Source: Thermoplasmatales archaeon
GTDB taxonomy: Archaea > Thermoplasmatota > Thermoplasmata > Thermoplasmatales > Thermoplasmataceae
Assembly (NCBI GenBank): GCA_027310185.1
Contig: DAIDBH010000017.1
Coordinates: 64,001 to 128,000, forward strand
DNA: 64,000 nucleotides
Reading direction: 5' to 3'
The stretch's first letter is position 1. Every line of letters starts with the position of its first letter. The translations under genes were made by a program, and so were the position numbers. Below, piece by piece: positions 28,085-39,378 of the stretch. The notes below the pieces were generated by a model. It ran no database searches. It was not told where the DNA came from and saw only the letters and a list, made by a program, of their open reading frames with translations.

Positions 28085-29572
28085 TTAGAATACCCCCTTT
28101 ACGAAGCTCAGTATGGGACCGAAGAAAAGGTTCGGATATATTCCAAGGAGCAGTATGAGTATGAAGAGAAATGAAAGCAGTAATATTTCTGTTCCCTTTG
28201 CATCCTTAAGTTTTCCCATATTCTCATTGAATGGCCCATTCAGAGTTTTCTGTACTACCCATATATGGTAGGATGCTGTAATAATCATCCCAAAAATAAT
28301 CAGGAAGATTATGGCCCCAATCACGTAATAGGATGATAATACAATGGACGCCTCAGCTATGAACCCTGCCAGTCCTGGGAGACCAAGGGAGGCCATTATT
28401 CCTGCCAGGAAAAAGGCTGAAATATAAGGCATGTCCCTCCATAAACCACTTACTGACAGGTTTGACTCTGTTCCAGCTCTCTGTTTTATGAGATACAGTG
28501 AAGAAAAGACGAGACCCATGATTAGGCCGTGTGCAAGTATCTGGTAAATGCCTCCCGCATATGCAGTATATGAGACCTGGCCACTGGTGAGTATTCCATC
28601 CCCAAGGGATATGCTTATGAATCCCATTGAAGCAGCACTTGCATATGCCATCATCTTCTTTGTGTTTGTCTGGAACATTGCAGTGAGTGCGAAGTAGATG
28701 AGGCTGAAGATGCCCAGTCCTATTATGGTCCAGGCTATTCCCGCTCCGATGACTGATGCTATTGGCATCAGTACAGCAAAGAACCCGTAGCCTCCCATCA
28801 GGGAAATGGCTCCTGCAAGTACTATTGTAACAGGATAAGGTGCTGATGTATATGCATCAGGTAACCATGAGTGCAGTGGGAATGACGGCATCTTTACCAG
28901 GAATGCAAAGAAGAATCCGAAAAGGGCAAAATACGTCCAGAACGGTACCTTGTCAGTTATATCACTGATTATGAAGGAAGGATTCAGAAGTGTTGACATG
29001 TTAAGTGTGAAAACGTTTCCGTGTGATGAACCATAGTATGAAAACAGTGTCAGTATGGAAAGCAGGAGGAATACAGATCCTATCTGTGTATAGACGAAAA
29101 ATTTCAGTGATGCCTTCTCCTTTCTTGAATCTCCGTATATGGCGATTAAAAGGAATACAGGTATTATGATAGCTTCCCAGAATACATAGAAGAACAGGAA
29201 ATTCCTTGATATCAGCAGTCCATAGAGACCTACCTCTGTAAACATCATCAATCCATAGAATCTTCTGTCAAATTTTTCATTCTTTGCTGTATATAGAGCT
29301 GCAAACATTATTACAGTTGTCAGGAAGAGCAATGCTATGGAAAGACCATCCACGCCGGTGCTGAATGTAATGCCTATTGACCTGTCAATTGGATATGAAC
29401 TCTGGGAAATGAGTCCTCCAGTATATGATTGAAATCTTGCAAGACCATATATTACAGTCAGGACAAGAATTATGAAACTTTCAATTACCGCAACTTCCCA
29501 AACCCTTTTCTTAAGGAGAATGGATATGATTGCGAATATTATGGTTAATAAGAAAATATATAAAATAAACAT
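28085..29572 (-). CDS. nuoM: Complex I subunit M
   Basis: FYVFWE, VKMPSFPLHSWLPDA and GLPGLAGFIAE motifs. Confidence 0.93.
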   Translation of the reverse strand: MFILYIFLLTIIFAIISILLKKRVWEVAVIESFIILVLTVIYGLARFQSYTGGLISQSSYPIDRSIGITFSTGVDGLSIALLFLTTVIMFAALYTAKNEKFDRRFYGLMMFTEVGLYGLLISRNFLFFYVFWEAIIIPVFLLIAIYGDSRKEKASLKFFVYTQIGSVFLLLSILTLFSYYGSSHGNVFTLNMSTLLNPSFIISDITDKVPFWTYFALFGFFFAFLVKMPSFPLHSWLPDAYTSAPYPVTIVLAGAISLMGGYGFFAVLMPIASVIGAGIAWTIIGLGIFSLIYFALTAMFQTNTKKMMAYASAASMGFISISLGDGILTSGQVSYTAYAGGIYQILAHGLIMGLVFSSLYLIKQRAGTESNLSVSGLWRDMPYISAFFLAGIMASLGLPGLAGFIAEASIVLSSYYVIGAIIFLIIFGMIITASYHIWVVQKTLNGPFNENMGKLKDAKGTEILLLSFLFILILLLGIYPNLFFGPILSFVKGVF

Positions 29573-31465
29573 CTAAATCCCTCCAAGGAGTTCAAGGAGA
29601 AGCATCAATACTGCCACTCCTGCTATAAGAAATACGAAATAGTATTCCACAACACCATCCTCTATTCTCCTCAGTACGCCACCGAATCCCATTGCACCCT
29701 TTCCTGTCCCTTCAATAGAAATAGAGAATCCCTTCTCCAGCCTTGAGACACCGGAAGACAGTGGAAGTATCACTCTCTCCGCGATAACTCTTGTAAATAA
29801 TGCATCCAGGAAGTACTTTGCCTTGAGAAGCCTGTAAACAGGGTTCCTGTCATAATTCATCCTCTGCCATCTTGTTGTGGCATAGAGCCCAATGGTTATG
29901 AGAACGCCTATTACGACCATTGTCAGTGGCATATACTCAATGAACAATGGCACAACCACCTTTGTGGTGTCCGGCACGATGAAATCGTAGAAACGGTACT
30001 GTATCAGGCCGAGCGTCAGTGAGAGAAATGCCAGTATCATCAATGGGATTAATACGATCTTTGGAGGATCTTTTGCTTCCTCTGCAAGTTTAGATCTCGG
30101 TTTCCCCAGTGCAACAAGGAAGAACATCCTGAATGTGTAAAGTGCAGTCATCAGTGCTCCTATTACAAGGAAAATCCATGGAAGTATTGAATAGACATTA
30201 CTGCCATTCATTATATAATAGTTATATGCAACATCTATGATGGTATCCTTTGAGAAGAAAGCTGCAGTAGGTGGTATGGCTGCCAGTGTTATAGATCCTA
30301 TGAACATTAGCGAAATTGTTACCGGCATCCTCTTCCATAGCCCACCCATTTTCTTTACATCTCTGAGCTCCATGAGAGTAAGTAGTATAACTCCAGCTGA
30401 CATGAAAAGCAAGGCCTTGAAGACCGCATGAACTACCAGATGATAGATCGAATATCCTATGACGCTTTCACCAAAGGTAGAAACCATTCCGAGAGCTGCC
30501 ATCATGTATCCGATCTGGGAGATCGTGGAATATGCAAGAATCCTTTTCAGATCATTTACAACTATTCCAATGGTTCCAGCAAATAAGGCAGTAAATGCCC
30601 CGATGTACAGTACTGACTCAGATGCCAGAGGTGTGGCATTTGCATAAAGTGGAAGAACTCTTGCTATAAGATATACACCGGCAGTTACCATTGTTGCAGC
30701 ATGAATCAGCGCAGAAACTGTGGTTGGGCCTTCCATTGCATCGGGTATCCATACATGTAATGGGAACTGGGCAGACTTACCAGCTGCTCCTCCAAGGAAG
30801 AGCAGACCAATAATAGTCAGGTTCTGCGCCCCTATTTCTGTAGCAATTGTGTGGGCATTGTTGATCAGGTATGGTATGCTGAGTGGTGATGAAACTCCCT
30901 GTACTGTTAGAAGAGAGTAAAGTACTGCAAGCCCTATTATAAATAGCAGATCACCAACCCTTGTAACTATAAATGCCTTCTTTGCTGCAGAAGCCGCGTT
31001 TGGCTTGAAGAACCAGAATCCTATCAGGAGGTATGAACAAAGGCCTACCAGTTCCCAGAACAGGAAGAATTCAAGGAGATTTGATGCAAGTATAAGACCG
31101 AGCATTCCTCCTGTGAAAAGGGCTGTTTCTCCGAAGTATGTATTCTTCCTTGGATCATCCTTCATGTAATACATGGCAAAGAGATGGATCATCAGGGAAA
31201 CGAATGAAACCATCAGTACCATTACAACGGCAAGGTGGTCCACATAGATTCCTGCGTTAATGTTATCGAACCAGTTATAAGTCTGATAAATTGGAGTTGA
31301 TGTTCCTCTTATGTTCAACCATACAATTATTGAAAGTATGAGCGATACTAGTATGGATAATGAAGCGAGGACGCCTGCCAGTACTTTGCTCTTTTTCCCC
31401 GCAATGACACTTATGGGGGCAAATATTATGGGTGTAAGGAATATGAACCATGCATAGTTTAACAT
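29573..31465 (-). CDS. nuoL: Complex I subunit L
   Basis: WELVGLCSYLLIGFW, GKSAQFPLHVWIPDAMEGPT and HAATMVTAG motifs. Confidence 0.95.
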   Translation of the reverse strand: MLNYAWFIFLTPIIFAPISVIAGKKSKVLAGVLASLSILVSLILSIIVWLNIRGTSTPIYQTYNWFDNINAGIYVDHLAVVMVLMVSFVSLMIHLFAMYYMKDDPRKNTYFGETALFTGGMLGLILASNLLEFFLFWELVGLCSYLLIGFWFFKPNAASAAKKAFIVTRVGDLLFIIGLAVLYSLLTVQGVSSPLSIPYLINNAHTIATEIGAQNLTIIGLLFLGGAAGKSAQFPLHVWIPDAMEGPTTVSALIHAATMVTAGVYLIARVLPLYANATPLASESVLYIGAFTALFAGTIGIVVNDLKRILAYSTISQIGYMMAALGMVSTFGESVIGYSIYHLVVHAVFKALLFMSAGVILLTLMELRDVKKMGGLWKRMPVTISLMFIGSITLAAIPPTAAFFSKDTIIDVAYNYYIMNGSNVYSILPWIFLVIGALMTALYTFRMFFLVALGKPRSKLAEEAKDPPKIVLIPLMILAFLSLTLGLIQYRFYDFIVPDTTKVVVPLFIEYMPLTMVVIGVLITIGLYATTRWQRMNYDRNPVYRLLKAKYFLDALFTRVIAERVILPLSSGVSRLEKGFSISIEGTGKGAMGFGGVLRRIEDGVVEYYFVFLIAGVAVLMLLLELLGGI

Positions 31466-31466
31466 T

Positions 31467-31766
31467 TTACCACCTTATCTCCTTCAGCAACGAGATATCT
31501 ATCTTGCCGAATTTCTTGTATATTGAAACCAGTATACTAATTCCAACTGCAGACTCAACTGCAGCTATTGCAATTGTGAACAGGGCCATGACAAGTGGAT
31601 CTACCTTTCCTGTTCCAATGGCAGCGGATACCAGACTCAGTATGGCACCATTTAGGAGTATTTCCACCGATATTAGCATCTTAATCCCTATTTTGGATAC
31701 CATTATGCCGTACAGACCTATGGTGAATAGTGCCAGTGAGATCAACTGAACTATGAACTGATCCAT
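31467..31766 (-). CDS. nuoK: Complex I subunit K
   Basis: SVEILLN and IAAVESAVG motifs. Confidence 0.92.
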   Translation of the reverse strand: MDQFIVQLISLALFTIGLYGIMVSKIGIKMLISVEILLNGAILSLVSAAIGTGKVDPLVMALFTIAIAAVESAVGISILVSIYKKFGKIDISLLKEIRW

Positions 31767-31985
31767 TTATTCATCATCCTCCGCCGTGTGAAACATTCCC
31801 ACGATACCCGTCACCAGAACAACAGAAAGAAGTTCAAAAGGTATGAGGTATGTACTGAATAACTCCTTTGATATGCTGGTTATGTTCTGCTGTGCCGGGA
31901 TATATGACCCAGAAACACTAACAATTGAAACAGCCATTACTATGAAGAACAGAACTGCGGATATGGCAGCAGGAATTTTATTCAA
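31767..31985 (-). CDS. nuoJ: Complex I subunit J, C-terminal half
   Basis: LFSTYLIPFELLSVVL motif. Confidence 0.85.
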   Translation of the reverse strand: MNKIPAAISAVLFFIVMAVSIVSVSGSYIPAQQNITSISKELFSTYLIPFELLSVVLVTGIVGMFHTAEDDE

Positions 31986-32226
31986 TTTCCTTACCTCCTG
32001 TTATCATCATCGTGAATACGAGAAGGGCACTTACTGCACCCACATAAACAAGCAATTCTATGGCTCCAACAAGTGTCGCTCCAAGAAATATGAAATTGGC
32101 AGAGAGCACAAAAAGGAATGCCATTAGGAATATAATGCTCCTGACTATATCCTTCTCTTCTACAGAGATGGCAGCAAGAACTATGAGAATTATTGCGAAT
32201 ATAAGGGTGATTATTGTGTAGATCAT
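31978..32226 (-). CDS. nuoJ: Complex I subunit J, N-terminal half
   Basis: LVYVGAV motif, three TM helices. Confidence 0.85.
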   Translation of the reverse strand: MIYTIITLIFAIILIVLAAISVEEKDIVRSIIFLMAFLFVLSANFIFLGATLVGAIELLVYVGAVSALLVFTMMITGGKEIE

Positions 32227-32663
32227 CTTCTTACCTCGTCCTCCCCTTTCTCAAGGTCCGTTGGGGAGTACATGAAATTATTCTTCGTTCTTGCAGTCTC
32301 AAACACTTCCTTGAGGTATATTGCATCTGTTGGACAGATCTCCTCGCAGTTCCTGCATACTGTGCATGTACCAAAATTAACAGTTGGATATATCTTCCTC
32401 TTATTCCTCTGATTCTCCTTGTCCAGGTTCATCATGGTAATGGAGAGATTTGGGCATACCTGCTCACATAGTGTGCAACCCACACAGTCATCTGTGCTCA
32501 AATAGACCCTGAACCTGAATCTGTCGGGTATATCACCCTTAACTTCTGGATACTGAACAGTGACTGGCTTCTGAAAGAGATGTTTAAATACTGTGAACAT
32601 CCCCATAACGGAACCTACAATTGGGATTCTTTTTGGTTCCTTCACTTCTTTTATTTCTATCAT
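32223..32663 (-). CDS. nuoI: Complex I subunit I (2x[4Fe-4S])
   Basis: TVQYP, CVGCTLCEQVCP and CTVCRNCEEICP motifs. ATGA overlap with nuoH. Confidence 0.93.
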   Translation of the reverse strand: MIEIKEVKEPKRIPIVGSVMGMFTVFKHLFQKPVTVQYPEVKGDIPDRFRFRVYLSTDDCVGCTLCEQVCPNLSITMMNLDKENQRNKRKIYPTVNFGTCTVCRNCEEICPTDAIYLKEVFETARTKNNFMYSPTDLEKGEDEVRR

Positions 32664-33700
32664 GCTATCCCTCCAAATATTATGATTCCTGTAATTATAA
32701 GATTGATAAATGAGATTGGCAGTAGATATTTCCACCCAAAGTTCACGAACTTATCTATTCTCACCCTTGGCATGGAAAGCCATATTGTCAGCGATATCAC
32801 TACCAGAACAAGAGTCTTTATCATAAGCCAGATAAATCCAGCATAGTTCGTGTACGGACCGAGATAACCACCAAGATATATGGTACTTATTAGCATTGAG
32901 CCAAGGAAAATTGTTCCGAATAGCCCAAGGTAAAATAGACCGAATCTAAGCCCACTGTATTCGGTGGTGTTTCCGGTAACTAGCTCACTGTCACTTTCAC
33001 CCATATCAAATGGAGAATATGATGCCCTGGCTGCCATGGATATTAGGAATACGAAAAATCCCAAAGGTTCCAGGATTGCAAAAGGTATTGACTGGGCAAC
33101 GACAACCCCGTTTATGTCCAGTGGATCAGATACCTTGACCGATGCCATCATTACAACAGCAAGAATTGAAAGCATCATGGGAACCTCGAAGGATATATCC
33201 TTTGCAACTCCTCTCAATGCTCCAAGTACGGCATACTTATTGTTTGAACTTATTCCTGACAGTATCTCGCCTATGGGCATTATGGCCAGCAGAGCGAATA
33301 TTATTATAAGGCTCACATCAGAGTGGGTTACTGTTAGCTGTCCGAACCATGCGAGAGGTCCGTAGGGAATGAATACAAAACCCATTATGAGCCCAAAAAA
33401 TATCAGAATTGGTGCAACCTTGTAAGCAAGATCGTCTCTTCCTTCTGGCAGAATGGATTCCTTCTGTATTAATTTCAGGCCATCAGCCATAACCTGTAAA
33501 ACTCCTCCCTTGCCTACCCTGTTAGGCCCGATCCTCATCTGGACCCTTGCCATATATTTCCTGAAGAAATATACCATGCCAGCGATAACAACAACTGAAA
33601 ATATGATCACAATCAGGGTCTCAATTATATAGGCCAGAATGTAAGATGGATAATGCCCCAGTGCTGATAATATATCAGCAATCCTCAGGAGCAAATTCAT
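32660..33700 (-). CDS. nuoH: Complex I subunit H
   Basis: ARVQMRIGPNRVG, ADGLKL.KE, PFD..ESDSELV and PRVRID motifs. Confidence 0.95.
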   Translation of the reverse strand: MNLLLRIADILSALGHYPSYILAYIIETLIVIIFSVVVIAGMVYFFRKYMARVQMRIGPNRVGKGGVLQVMADGLKLIQKESILPEGRDDLAYKVAPILIFFGLIMGFVFIPYGPLAWFGQLTVTHSDVSLIIIFALLAIMPIGEILSGISSNNKYAVLGALRGVAKDISFEVPMMLSILAVVMMASVKVSDPLDINGVVVAQSIPFAILEPLGFFVFLISMAARASYSPFDMGESDSELVTGNTTEYSGLRFGLFYLGLFGTIFLGSMLISTIYLGGYLGPYTNYAGFIWLMIKTLVLVVISLTIWLSMPRVRIDKFVNFGWKYLLPISFINLIITGIIIFGGIA

Positions 33701-34821
33701 CTATCCACCTCCCCGAAAACGAGATCTATGGAACCTGAAATTGCAACCATATCAGCAATCAGTACATCCTTAGCCAGATATGGCAAAACAGAAAGATTCT
33801 TGAAAGATGGGCTTCTCACATGAACCCTGTATGGTTTTACAGATCCGTCTCCTACGAGGTAGACTCCAAATTCGCCCTTTGTTGACTCTGTTCTTGCGTA
33901 CACGTCCCCCTCTCCTCTCAGTCTTACCATGAGGGATTTTTTCGCCTTTGGGTTGAAATATGGGCCGTCAGGTATCTTGTCCAGGGCCTGATTGATGATC
34001 CTGACTGATTGCCTCATTTCCTCAAATCTAACAACAAACCTAGCCAGCACATCTTTTCTCTTTGAAATTGGAATATCGAAATTTACCTTGTCATATGCAA
34101 GATAGGGTTCCGCTTTTCTAACATCATATGGTATACCGGAGGCTCTCAGCATTGGTCCTGTTACTCCGTAATCAAGTGCAACCTCAGGTTCAAGAATACC
34201 TATATTCTTTGTTCTTGATATAAAAATATCATTCTTTACAAACAGGTTGTAAACCTCTTCAAGATTCTTTGGAAACTGTTTTGTGAACTCCTTAATCTTA
34301 TAAATTATCTTATCATTAAAATCCTGATAGACCCCACCTATGCTCATGTAGTTTGTTTCCTGCCTGGATCCACATATTTCAGTGAATAGATCTAGAACTT
34401 TTTCTCTCTGCTCGAACACGTAGAAGAAAGGTGTCAGCATTCCAAGATCAAGTCCAAAGGCTCCTGCCCATACGAGGTGAGAAGCAATCCTGTTCAGTTC
34501 TGCCATGACTGTCCTTATCCATACAACCCTTTCTGGTGGTTCTATGTTGAGAAGCTTTTCCGCTGCTTCAAGATAACCCACTTCCATGTTCATGGCTCCC
34601 ACATAATCCATCCTGTCGAAATATATGAGGGCATCACAGTAGAAATCAAGTTCGCATATTTTTTCAGCGTTTCTGTGAAGATATCCTATAACAGGCTCTA
34701 CCTTTTTCACTGTTTCTCCATCAAGCAATAATTTTAACCTGAGCACTCCGTGAGTAGATGGGTGTTGAGGTCCCATGTTAAGTTCAATATATTTCTCCTT
34801 CAATCCGCTGTTTTCTATCAT
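33697..34821 (-). CDS. nuoD: Complex I subunit D
   Basis: NMGPQHPSTHGVLR, GYLHR and GEVDR motifs. No NiFe CxxC motifs. Confidence 0.95.
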   Translation of the reverse strand: MIENSGLKEKYIELNMGPQHPSTHGVLRLKLLLDGETVKKVEPVIGYLHRNAEKICELDFYCDALIYFDRMDYVGAMNMEVGYLEAAEKLLNIEPPERVVWIRTVMAELNRIASHLVWAGAFGLDLGMLTPFFYVFEQREKVLDLFTEICGSRQETNYMSIGGVYQDFNDKIIYKIKEFTKQFPKNLEEVYNLFVKNDIFISRTKNIGILEPEVALDYGVTGPMLRASGIPYDVRKAEPYLAYDKVNFDIPISKRKDVLARFVVRFEEMRQSVRIINQALDKIPDGPYFNPKAKKSLMVRLRGEGDVYARTESTKGEFGVYLVGDGSVKPYRVHVRSPSFKNLSVLPYLAKDVLIADMVAISGSIDLVFGEVDR

Positions 34822-34823
34822 TA

Positions 34824-35291
34824 TTACCACCCATCTCCAGGATCGAAGCTTACCTGATCGTTTCCTTCATCGTCCATGTTCACATACTGTATCTTGCTCA
34901 GATCATAGTCTTTCCTGAGTGGATAACCAACCCACCCTTCTGGAAGGAGGATTCTTTTGAGATTAGGATGTCCTTCGAATATTATTCCCATCATATCATA
35001 CTGCTCCCTTTCATCCCAGTTCGCACTTTCAAAAAGTGATGTGACACTTGGCATCCTTGAATCTCTAGTTTCTGATTTTATAACAAGCATCTCCTCCGTC
35101 TTTGAATTCGTGAGATGATACACGACTTCAACCCTGTCCCTGAAATCGACTGTACTTATGAGACTGAGTGAATCAAATCCTCCGTTCTTCATATCCTTCA
35201 TAAGTTCCAGCAGGTTTTCCTTCGGTATCCTCAGAACCTTTCTGCCATCCTTGCTTTTTTCTTCTTTAACTTCATAGGCCATCAGGTTCAC
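34824..35291 (-). CDS. nuoC: Complex I subunit C
   Basis: [18 protein letters not shown] and YPLRKDY motifs. Confidence 0.93.
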   Translation of the reverse strand: MNLMAYEVKEEKSKDGRKVLRIPKENLLELMKDMKNGGFDSLSLISTVDFRDRVEVVYHLTNSKTEEMLVIKSETRDSRMPSVTSLFESANWDEREQYDMMGIIFEGHPNLKRILLPEGWVGYPLRKDYDLSKIQYVNMDDEGNDQVSFDPGDGW

Positions 35292-35752
35292 CTCTCTGCT
35301 TCATTTCTTATCTTTTTCTGTAAGAGTATTATTCCATTCGTTAGTGCTTCTGGTGTTGGAGGGCATCCTGGAACATACACATCCACCGGTACCACCCTGT
35401 CAACACCGAGAACCACTGAATAACCCTGGTTATATGGGCCACCCTGAATTACGCAGACTCCCATTGCGATAACATATTTCGGGTATGGCATCTCATCATA
35501 CAGTCTCCTGAGTCTTGGGGCCATTTTCTTGGTTACAGTCCCTGAAACAATCATTAAATCAGACTGCCTTGGAGAATTCCTGAACACCTCACTCCCAAAT
35601 CTTGAAACATCAAGCCTTGATGCCTGTACCGCCATCATCTCAATGGCACAGCAAGCAAGTCCAAAAGTCAGTGGCCATATTGAGTTGCTCCTTGCCCACT
35701 CCATGGCCTTATCCATTGTTGTAGTTACAAAGCCTGTATCCCCAGTTTTCAT
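35288..35752 (-). CDS. nuoB: Complex I subunit B
   Basis: [15 protein letters not shown] and PGCPP motifs. Confidence 0.95.
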   Translation of the reverse strand: MKTGDTGFVTTTMDKAMEWARSNSIWPLTFGLACCAIEMMAVQASRLDVSRFGSEVFRNSPRQSDLMIVSGTVTKKMAPRLRRLYDEMPYPKYVIAMGVCVIQGGPYNQGYSVVLGVDRVVPVDVYVPGCPPTPEALTNGIILLQKKIRNEAER

Positions 35753-36189
35753 TTAATCCACCTCATATACCCCTTTCTAAAGGCGTAAAAAACTACACTC
35801 ATCGGCATTGAAATGAAGATTATTGTTTCAATGAATGCATATACACCAAGACTCTTGAAGTCGAATGCCCATGGAAGAAGAAGGGCCATATCTACATCAA
35901 AAAGTATGAAAAGAAGCACAATAACGTAATACTGTACCCTCACAAATGACCGGTATGAACCTCTTGCAACCTCTCCGGATTCGTATGGTTTTGTATAGAC
36001 AGAGCCCTTTACAGGAGAGGATTCCTTGGAAAGATTTGAGATGATATCTGAAGGCTTGAAAGAAATCTTTGCCGCTGGACCCTTTGCCCTTCCTTTATCC
36101 AGGCTTGGGAGAATTGTGAAAACAAGGTACATAGCCAGTGCGAGTAAAACGATAGTGATAAGCGCAGGTATGTATCCATACAGTAACAT
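35749..36189 (-). CDS. nuoA: Complex I subunit A
   Basis: PYESGE, YY...LFILFDVD and LPWA motifs. Confidence 0.9.
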   Translation of the reverse strand: MLLYGYIPALITIVLLALAMYLVFTILPSLDKGRAKGPAAKISFKPSDIISNLSKESSPVKGSVYTKPYESGEVARGSYRSFVRVQYYVIVLLFILFDVDMALLLPWAFDFKSLGVYAFIETIIFISMPMSVVFYAFRKGYMRWIK

Positions 36190-36223
36190 AGTTCCATATT
36201 TTAGGAAAATATTTAAGTGTTGT

Positions 36224-38038
36224 TTAATTTGAATCCTTATTTCTCACCGTGTTTATTAACCTGGCGACAAGTGATGGATCTATAACACCTTCATTCATGG
36301 AACTGAGTTTCCTCAATATATCAGTCATGTTTGAATTTATATCTATTTCACATTTCCTGATCAGGTTCATTAAGGACTCTTCTGGAAGTGGTTTCAGCAG
36401 GTTAAGGTTTAATATTTCTCCAATGGAATTGCCTGAATACAAAAGATCTATTGCCCTTTCCATTGAATATCTCCCCAGTGAGTTCTTAACGCAGAATTCA
36501 ATCACGGTTTGTATCTGATCCCAGCTTACCTCCCTTCCATATTTTTTGTTCATTTCTGGGATCGTCTGGATGATTATTCTGGATAATACCTTTCCATTAT
36601 TTTCATTCGCAAGATCTGTGAATCTTTTCACTTTTCCATCTGATATAAGTGTTTCAGCATCCTGTGTTGATATTCCATACCTCCTGCTGACACTATGCAT
36701 GAAGGATTCCAGTGCTTCAGGAATTTCCCTGGAAGCTTCTTCCAGAAGAAACTCATCTATCTGGATTACAGGAATGTCTGTTTCCGGATACATCCTGCTG
36801 CTTCCAGATAGTGGCCTCATATACCTGGTTGTGTTGTCTTCAAGTGCAGCCCTGGTTTCTGAGAAATCCATTGACATCAATTTGGCTATTCTTTCCTCTA
36901 TTACCCTTGCTGCATCCTGCACAGTGTCCGGTTCTATGATCAGTAACAGGAATGAATCATTCTTCTTCAGATTGAGTTCGTCTGCGACCATATCCCTATC
37001 ACTTGTTGTTAGTCCGTAGGCTGGCAACTCCTCATAGTGAATTACACCCCTTATGTTAATCTGCTTCAGTGCATCTGCAATTTCCCTGCCGAACCTGAAC
37101 TTATCTGTCTTCATCACTCCCCTGAAGTTTGCCAGTCGTGATGCATATATCATCCTCCCATCGTCCAGTCCTTTCAATATCATCTTTGAACCTGTTTCCT
37201 TAAACATGCCTGTGATGTCCCTGAATTCCAGTTTCTCATGGCCTCCATTGGCCCTTACTCTTTCCACTGCCTCTGCCAGCCATTTCTGCCTTGCTGCTTC
37301 ATTTTCAAGTATATCCCTTATGGCGGAGAGTTTTGATACTCCTTTTATTTCTACCCTTCCATATCCCATGGAAAAATTTACATCCTGCCGTATTGCATCT
37401 GCTCCCTTTTTCAGAAGTCCCATGACTAGCATCCTGTTTCCTATTTCCCTTGCTATGGCAATTGCATCTTCTGCATTCTTCATGTCTGGAGCTGTGGAAA
37501 TCTCTATAAGTGGCAATCCAAGCCTGTCAAGTGAATAAACTACCATATTACCTTTTTCTTCTATTTTCCTGCAGGAATCTTCCTCAAGACAGATCGTTGT
37601 TATTCCTGCTCCGGCATTTCCTGTTTTTATCTCACCGCCAATTCCAATCAGTGAAGTCCTCTGGAAACCACTTGTATTTGATCCATCTATTACGACCTTC
37701 CTCATTACAGAAACCCTGTCCATGATTGATGAACTGAATGCCATGGACATTGCAAGTGCTGCCTTCAATGCTATCCTGTTGATCTCTATTGGAGGTTCCT
37801 CGTCTGCTTCTACAAGGCAGGAATTGTCAGAAACAATGTACTTGAATATCCTGTCTCTGGCTTCTTCATAATATGTGGATATATCTTTTGAACCTATTTC
37901 ACCCGAGGATGAGTGCAGCCTTCTAACAAATGACTGTTCAGTAAGTTCTCCTTCTGAATTGCACCTGCAAAAAAGCTTTCCCACATCCATCTGCATATGC
38001 ACTTCAAGTCCTATCATTGTATTCTCAGGGATGGTCAT
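36224..38038 (-). CDS. gatE: Glu-tRNA(Gln) amidotransferase subunit E
   Basis: GLEVH, KLFC, DEEPP, DGSNTSGFQRT, IRQDVN and RMYPETD motifs. Confidence 0.96.
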   Translation of the reverse strand: MTIPENTMIGLEVHMQMDVGKLFCRCNSEGELTEQSFVRRLHSSSGEIGSKDISTYYEEARDRIFKYIVSDNSCLVEADEEPPIEINRIALKAALAMSMAFSSSIMDRVSVMRKVVIDGSNTSGFQRTSLIGIGGEIKTGNAGAGITTICLEEDSCRKIEEKGNMVVYSLDRLGLPLIEISTAPDMKNAEDAIAIAREIGNRMLVMGLLKKGADAIRQDVNFSMGYGRVEIKGVSKLSAIRDILENEAARQKWLAEAVERVRANGGHEKLEFRDITGMFKETGSKMILKGLDDGRMIYASRLANFRGVMKTDKFRFGREIADALKQINIRGVIHYEELPAYGLTTSDRDMVADELNLKKNDSFLLLIIEPDTVQDAARVIEERIAKLMSMDFSETRAALEDNTTRYMRPLSGSSRMYPETDIPVIQIDEFLLEEASREIPEALESFMHSVSRRYGISTQDAETLISDGKVKRFTDLANENNGKVLSRIIIQTIPEMNKKYGREVSWDQIQTVIEFCVKNSLGRYSMERAIDLLYSGNSIGEILNLNLLKPLPEESLMNLIRKCEIDINSNMTDILRKLSSMNEGVIDPSLVARLINTVRNKDSN

Positions 38039-39282
38039 CAGAGAAACACCCCCATTTCTTCCCTCTCCAGTAATTCTCCATGCATGTTTGTTCTCATCAT
38101 GATCTCAAATTCTTCCTCCTCATAGTTACCGAGAACATGCATCATCTTGACATATGCAGTTTCAGGCAGTATATTGCCCACTGATATTATGCCTGATTTC
38201 TTCATTTCCCTTCCTGTTGAATATATGTCCAGGTTAGTTGTTCCAAAGATGCATTGTGTTGTGATTACCGCTTTCATTCCCTCCTTCACCCTTTCACTGA
38301 TTGACTGCAGAAATTTTGTTGCTATATGGCCAAGTCCTGTTCCCATTAAAATGATCCCCTTCTTACCATCCATTGACCTGAAAAGCTCTTCTTCCGTTAG
38401 GCCAGGGTATGTGTAAACGATGGATACCCTCTTTTCCAGGTTGGTTTTGAGTATATTTTCCTCAGCCCTTCTTCTGTAAGCTCTATCAAGGTTCACCAAT
38501 CCTTCCTGGAATGTTCCTATGGGATGTTCACCAATGGCCTTGAATGCATCCCTCCTTGTTGAATGCATCTTTCTTGATCTGGTTCCCCTGATCAGGTCTA
38601 TCCTTTCGTCTGATGAGTTATGATGCATGGAAATTCCAACCTCCCCGAAGTCTGTTGTTGCGAAATCCACCGCTGCCTCAAGGTTGAGATATGAATCGCT
38701 GCTCGGCCTGTCTGAACTTCTCTGCGATCCGACCAGAATTATTGGTCCGGACTGCGTCTCGAACATGAATGCAAGTGCAGATGCTGTGTACGACATGGTA
38801 TCGGTACCATGGGATATCACAACGCCTTCAGAATTATTCAGCTCATCCCTGGCTTTTTTTGCCAGGCTAATCCACTGATCTGGCTCCATGTTTTCACTGA
38901 GAATGTTGGAGAAGTCAACCCTCTTCAACCTGTATCTGTTTTCCATATACCTGAACTTGGATGTGAGTTCTCCAATATCCAGCGATGGAAATACTGCACC
39001 GGTTCTGTAATCCACCCTGCTCACTATGGTTCCGCCTGTGGTTATAAGTGACACAGGCTTGCCCGTTCCTGACTCCTTTGCCTCTTCACCCTTACTTAAA
39101 GCCTGGAGTTTTCCCTTCTTCACAATAACAAATGAATCTGGCCTGACTGAAATGTTATAACCATTTTCCAGTTTTACGTTGAAGAAATCAGTATCAGTGG
39201 AGATAAGGGTTCCGATCATTTCCTTTCCCTTCCAGCTGAATTTAATTGTGTCACCCATTTCAGGTTTCCTTGAATCTGGCAT
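38038..39282 (-). CDS. gatD: Glu-tRNA(Gln) amidotransferase subunit D
   Basis: TGGTIVSRVDYRTG, HGTDT and GSQRSSDRPSSD motifs. Confidence 0.96.
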   Translation of the reverse strand: MPDSRKPEMGDTIKFSWKGKEMIGTLISTDTDFFNVKLENGYNISVRPDSFVIVKKGKLQALSKGEEAKESGTGKPVSLITTGGTIVSRVDYRTGAVFPSLDIGELTSKFRYMENRYRLKRVDFSNILSENMEPDQWISLAKKARDELNNSEGVVISHGTDTMSYTASALAFMFETQSGPIILVGSQRSSDRPSSDSYLNLEAAVDFATTDFGEVGISMHHNSSDERIDLIRGTRSRKMHSTRRDAFKAIGEHPIGTFQEGLVNLDRAYRRRAEENILKTNLEKRVSIVYTYPGLTEEELFRSMDGKKGIILMGTGLGHIATKFLQSISERVKEGMKAVITTQCIFGTTNLDIYSTGREMKKSGIISVGNILPETAYVKMMHVLGNYEEEEFEIMMRTNMHGELLEREEMGVFL

Positions 39283-39378
39283 GAATCAATATGGTTGATT
39301 CTTATTTTAATCTTTAAAAAGAATTTCAAATTACTGTAGATATGATTTCGTTCTTGTTTCTATAGAACATGTGTAGAT

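Noticed and set aside
31767-32226. Split nuoJ as a frameshift pseudogene
   Set aside because: Each half has its own start, and split nuoJ is common in archaea.
33697-35752. NuoB/C/D as a group 4 [NiFe] hydrogenase
   Set aside because: NuoD lacks the Ni-binding CxxC motifs and there are no maturation genes.
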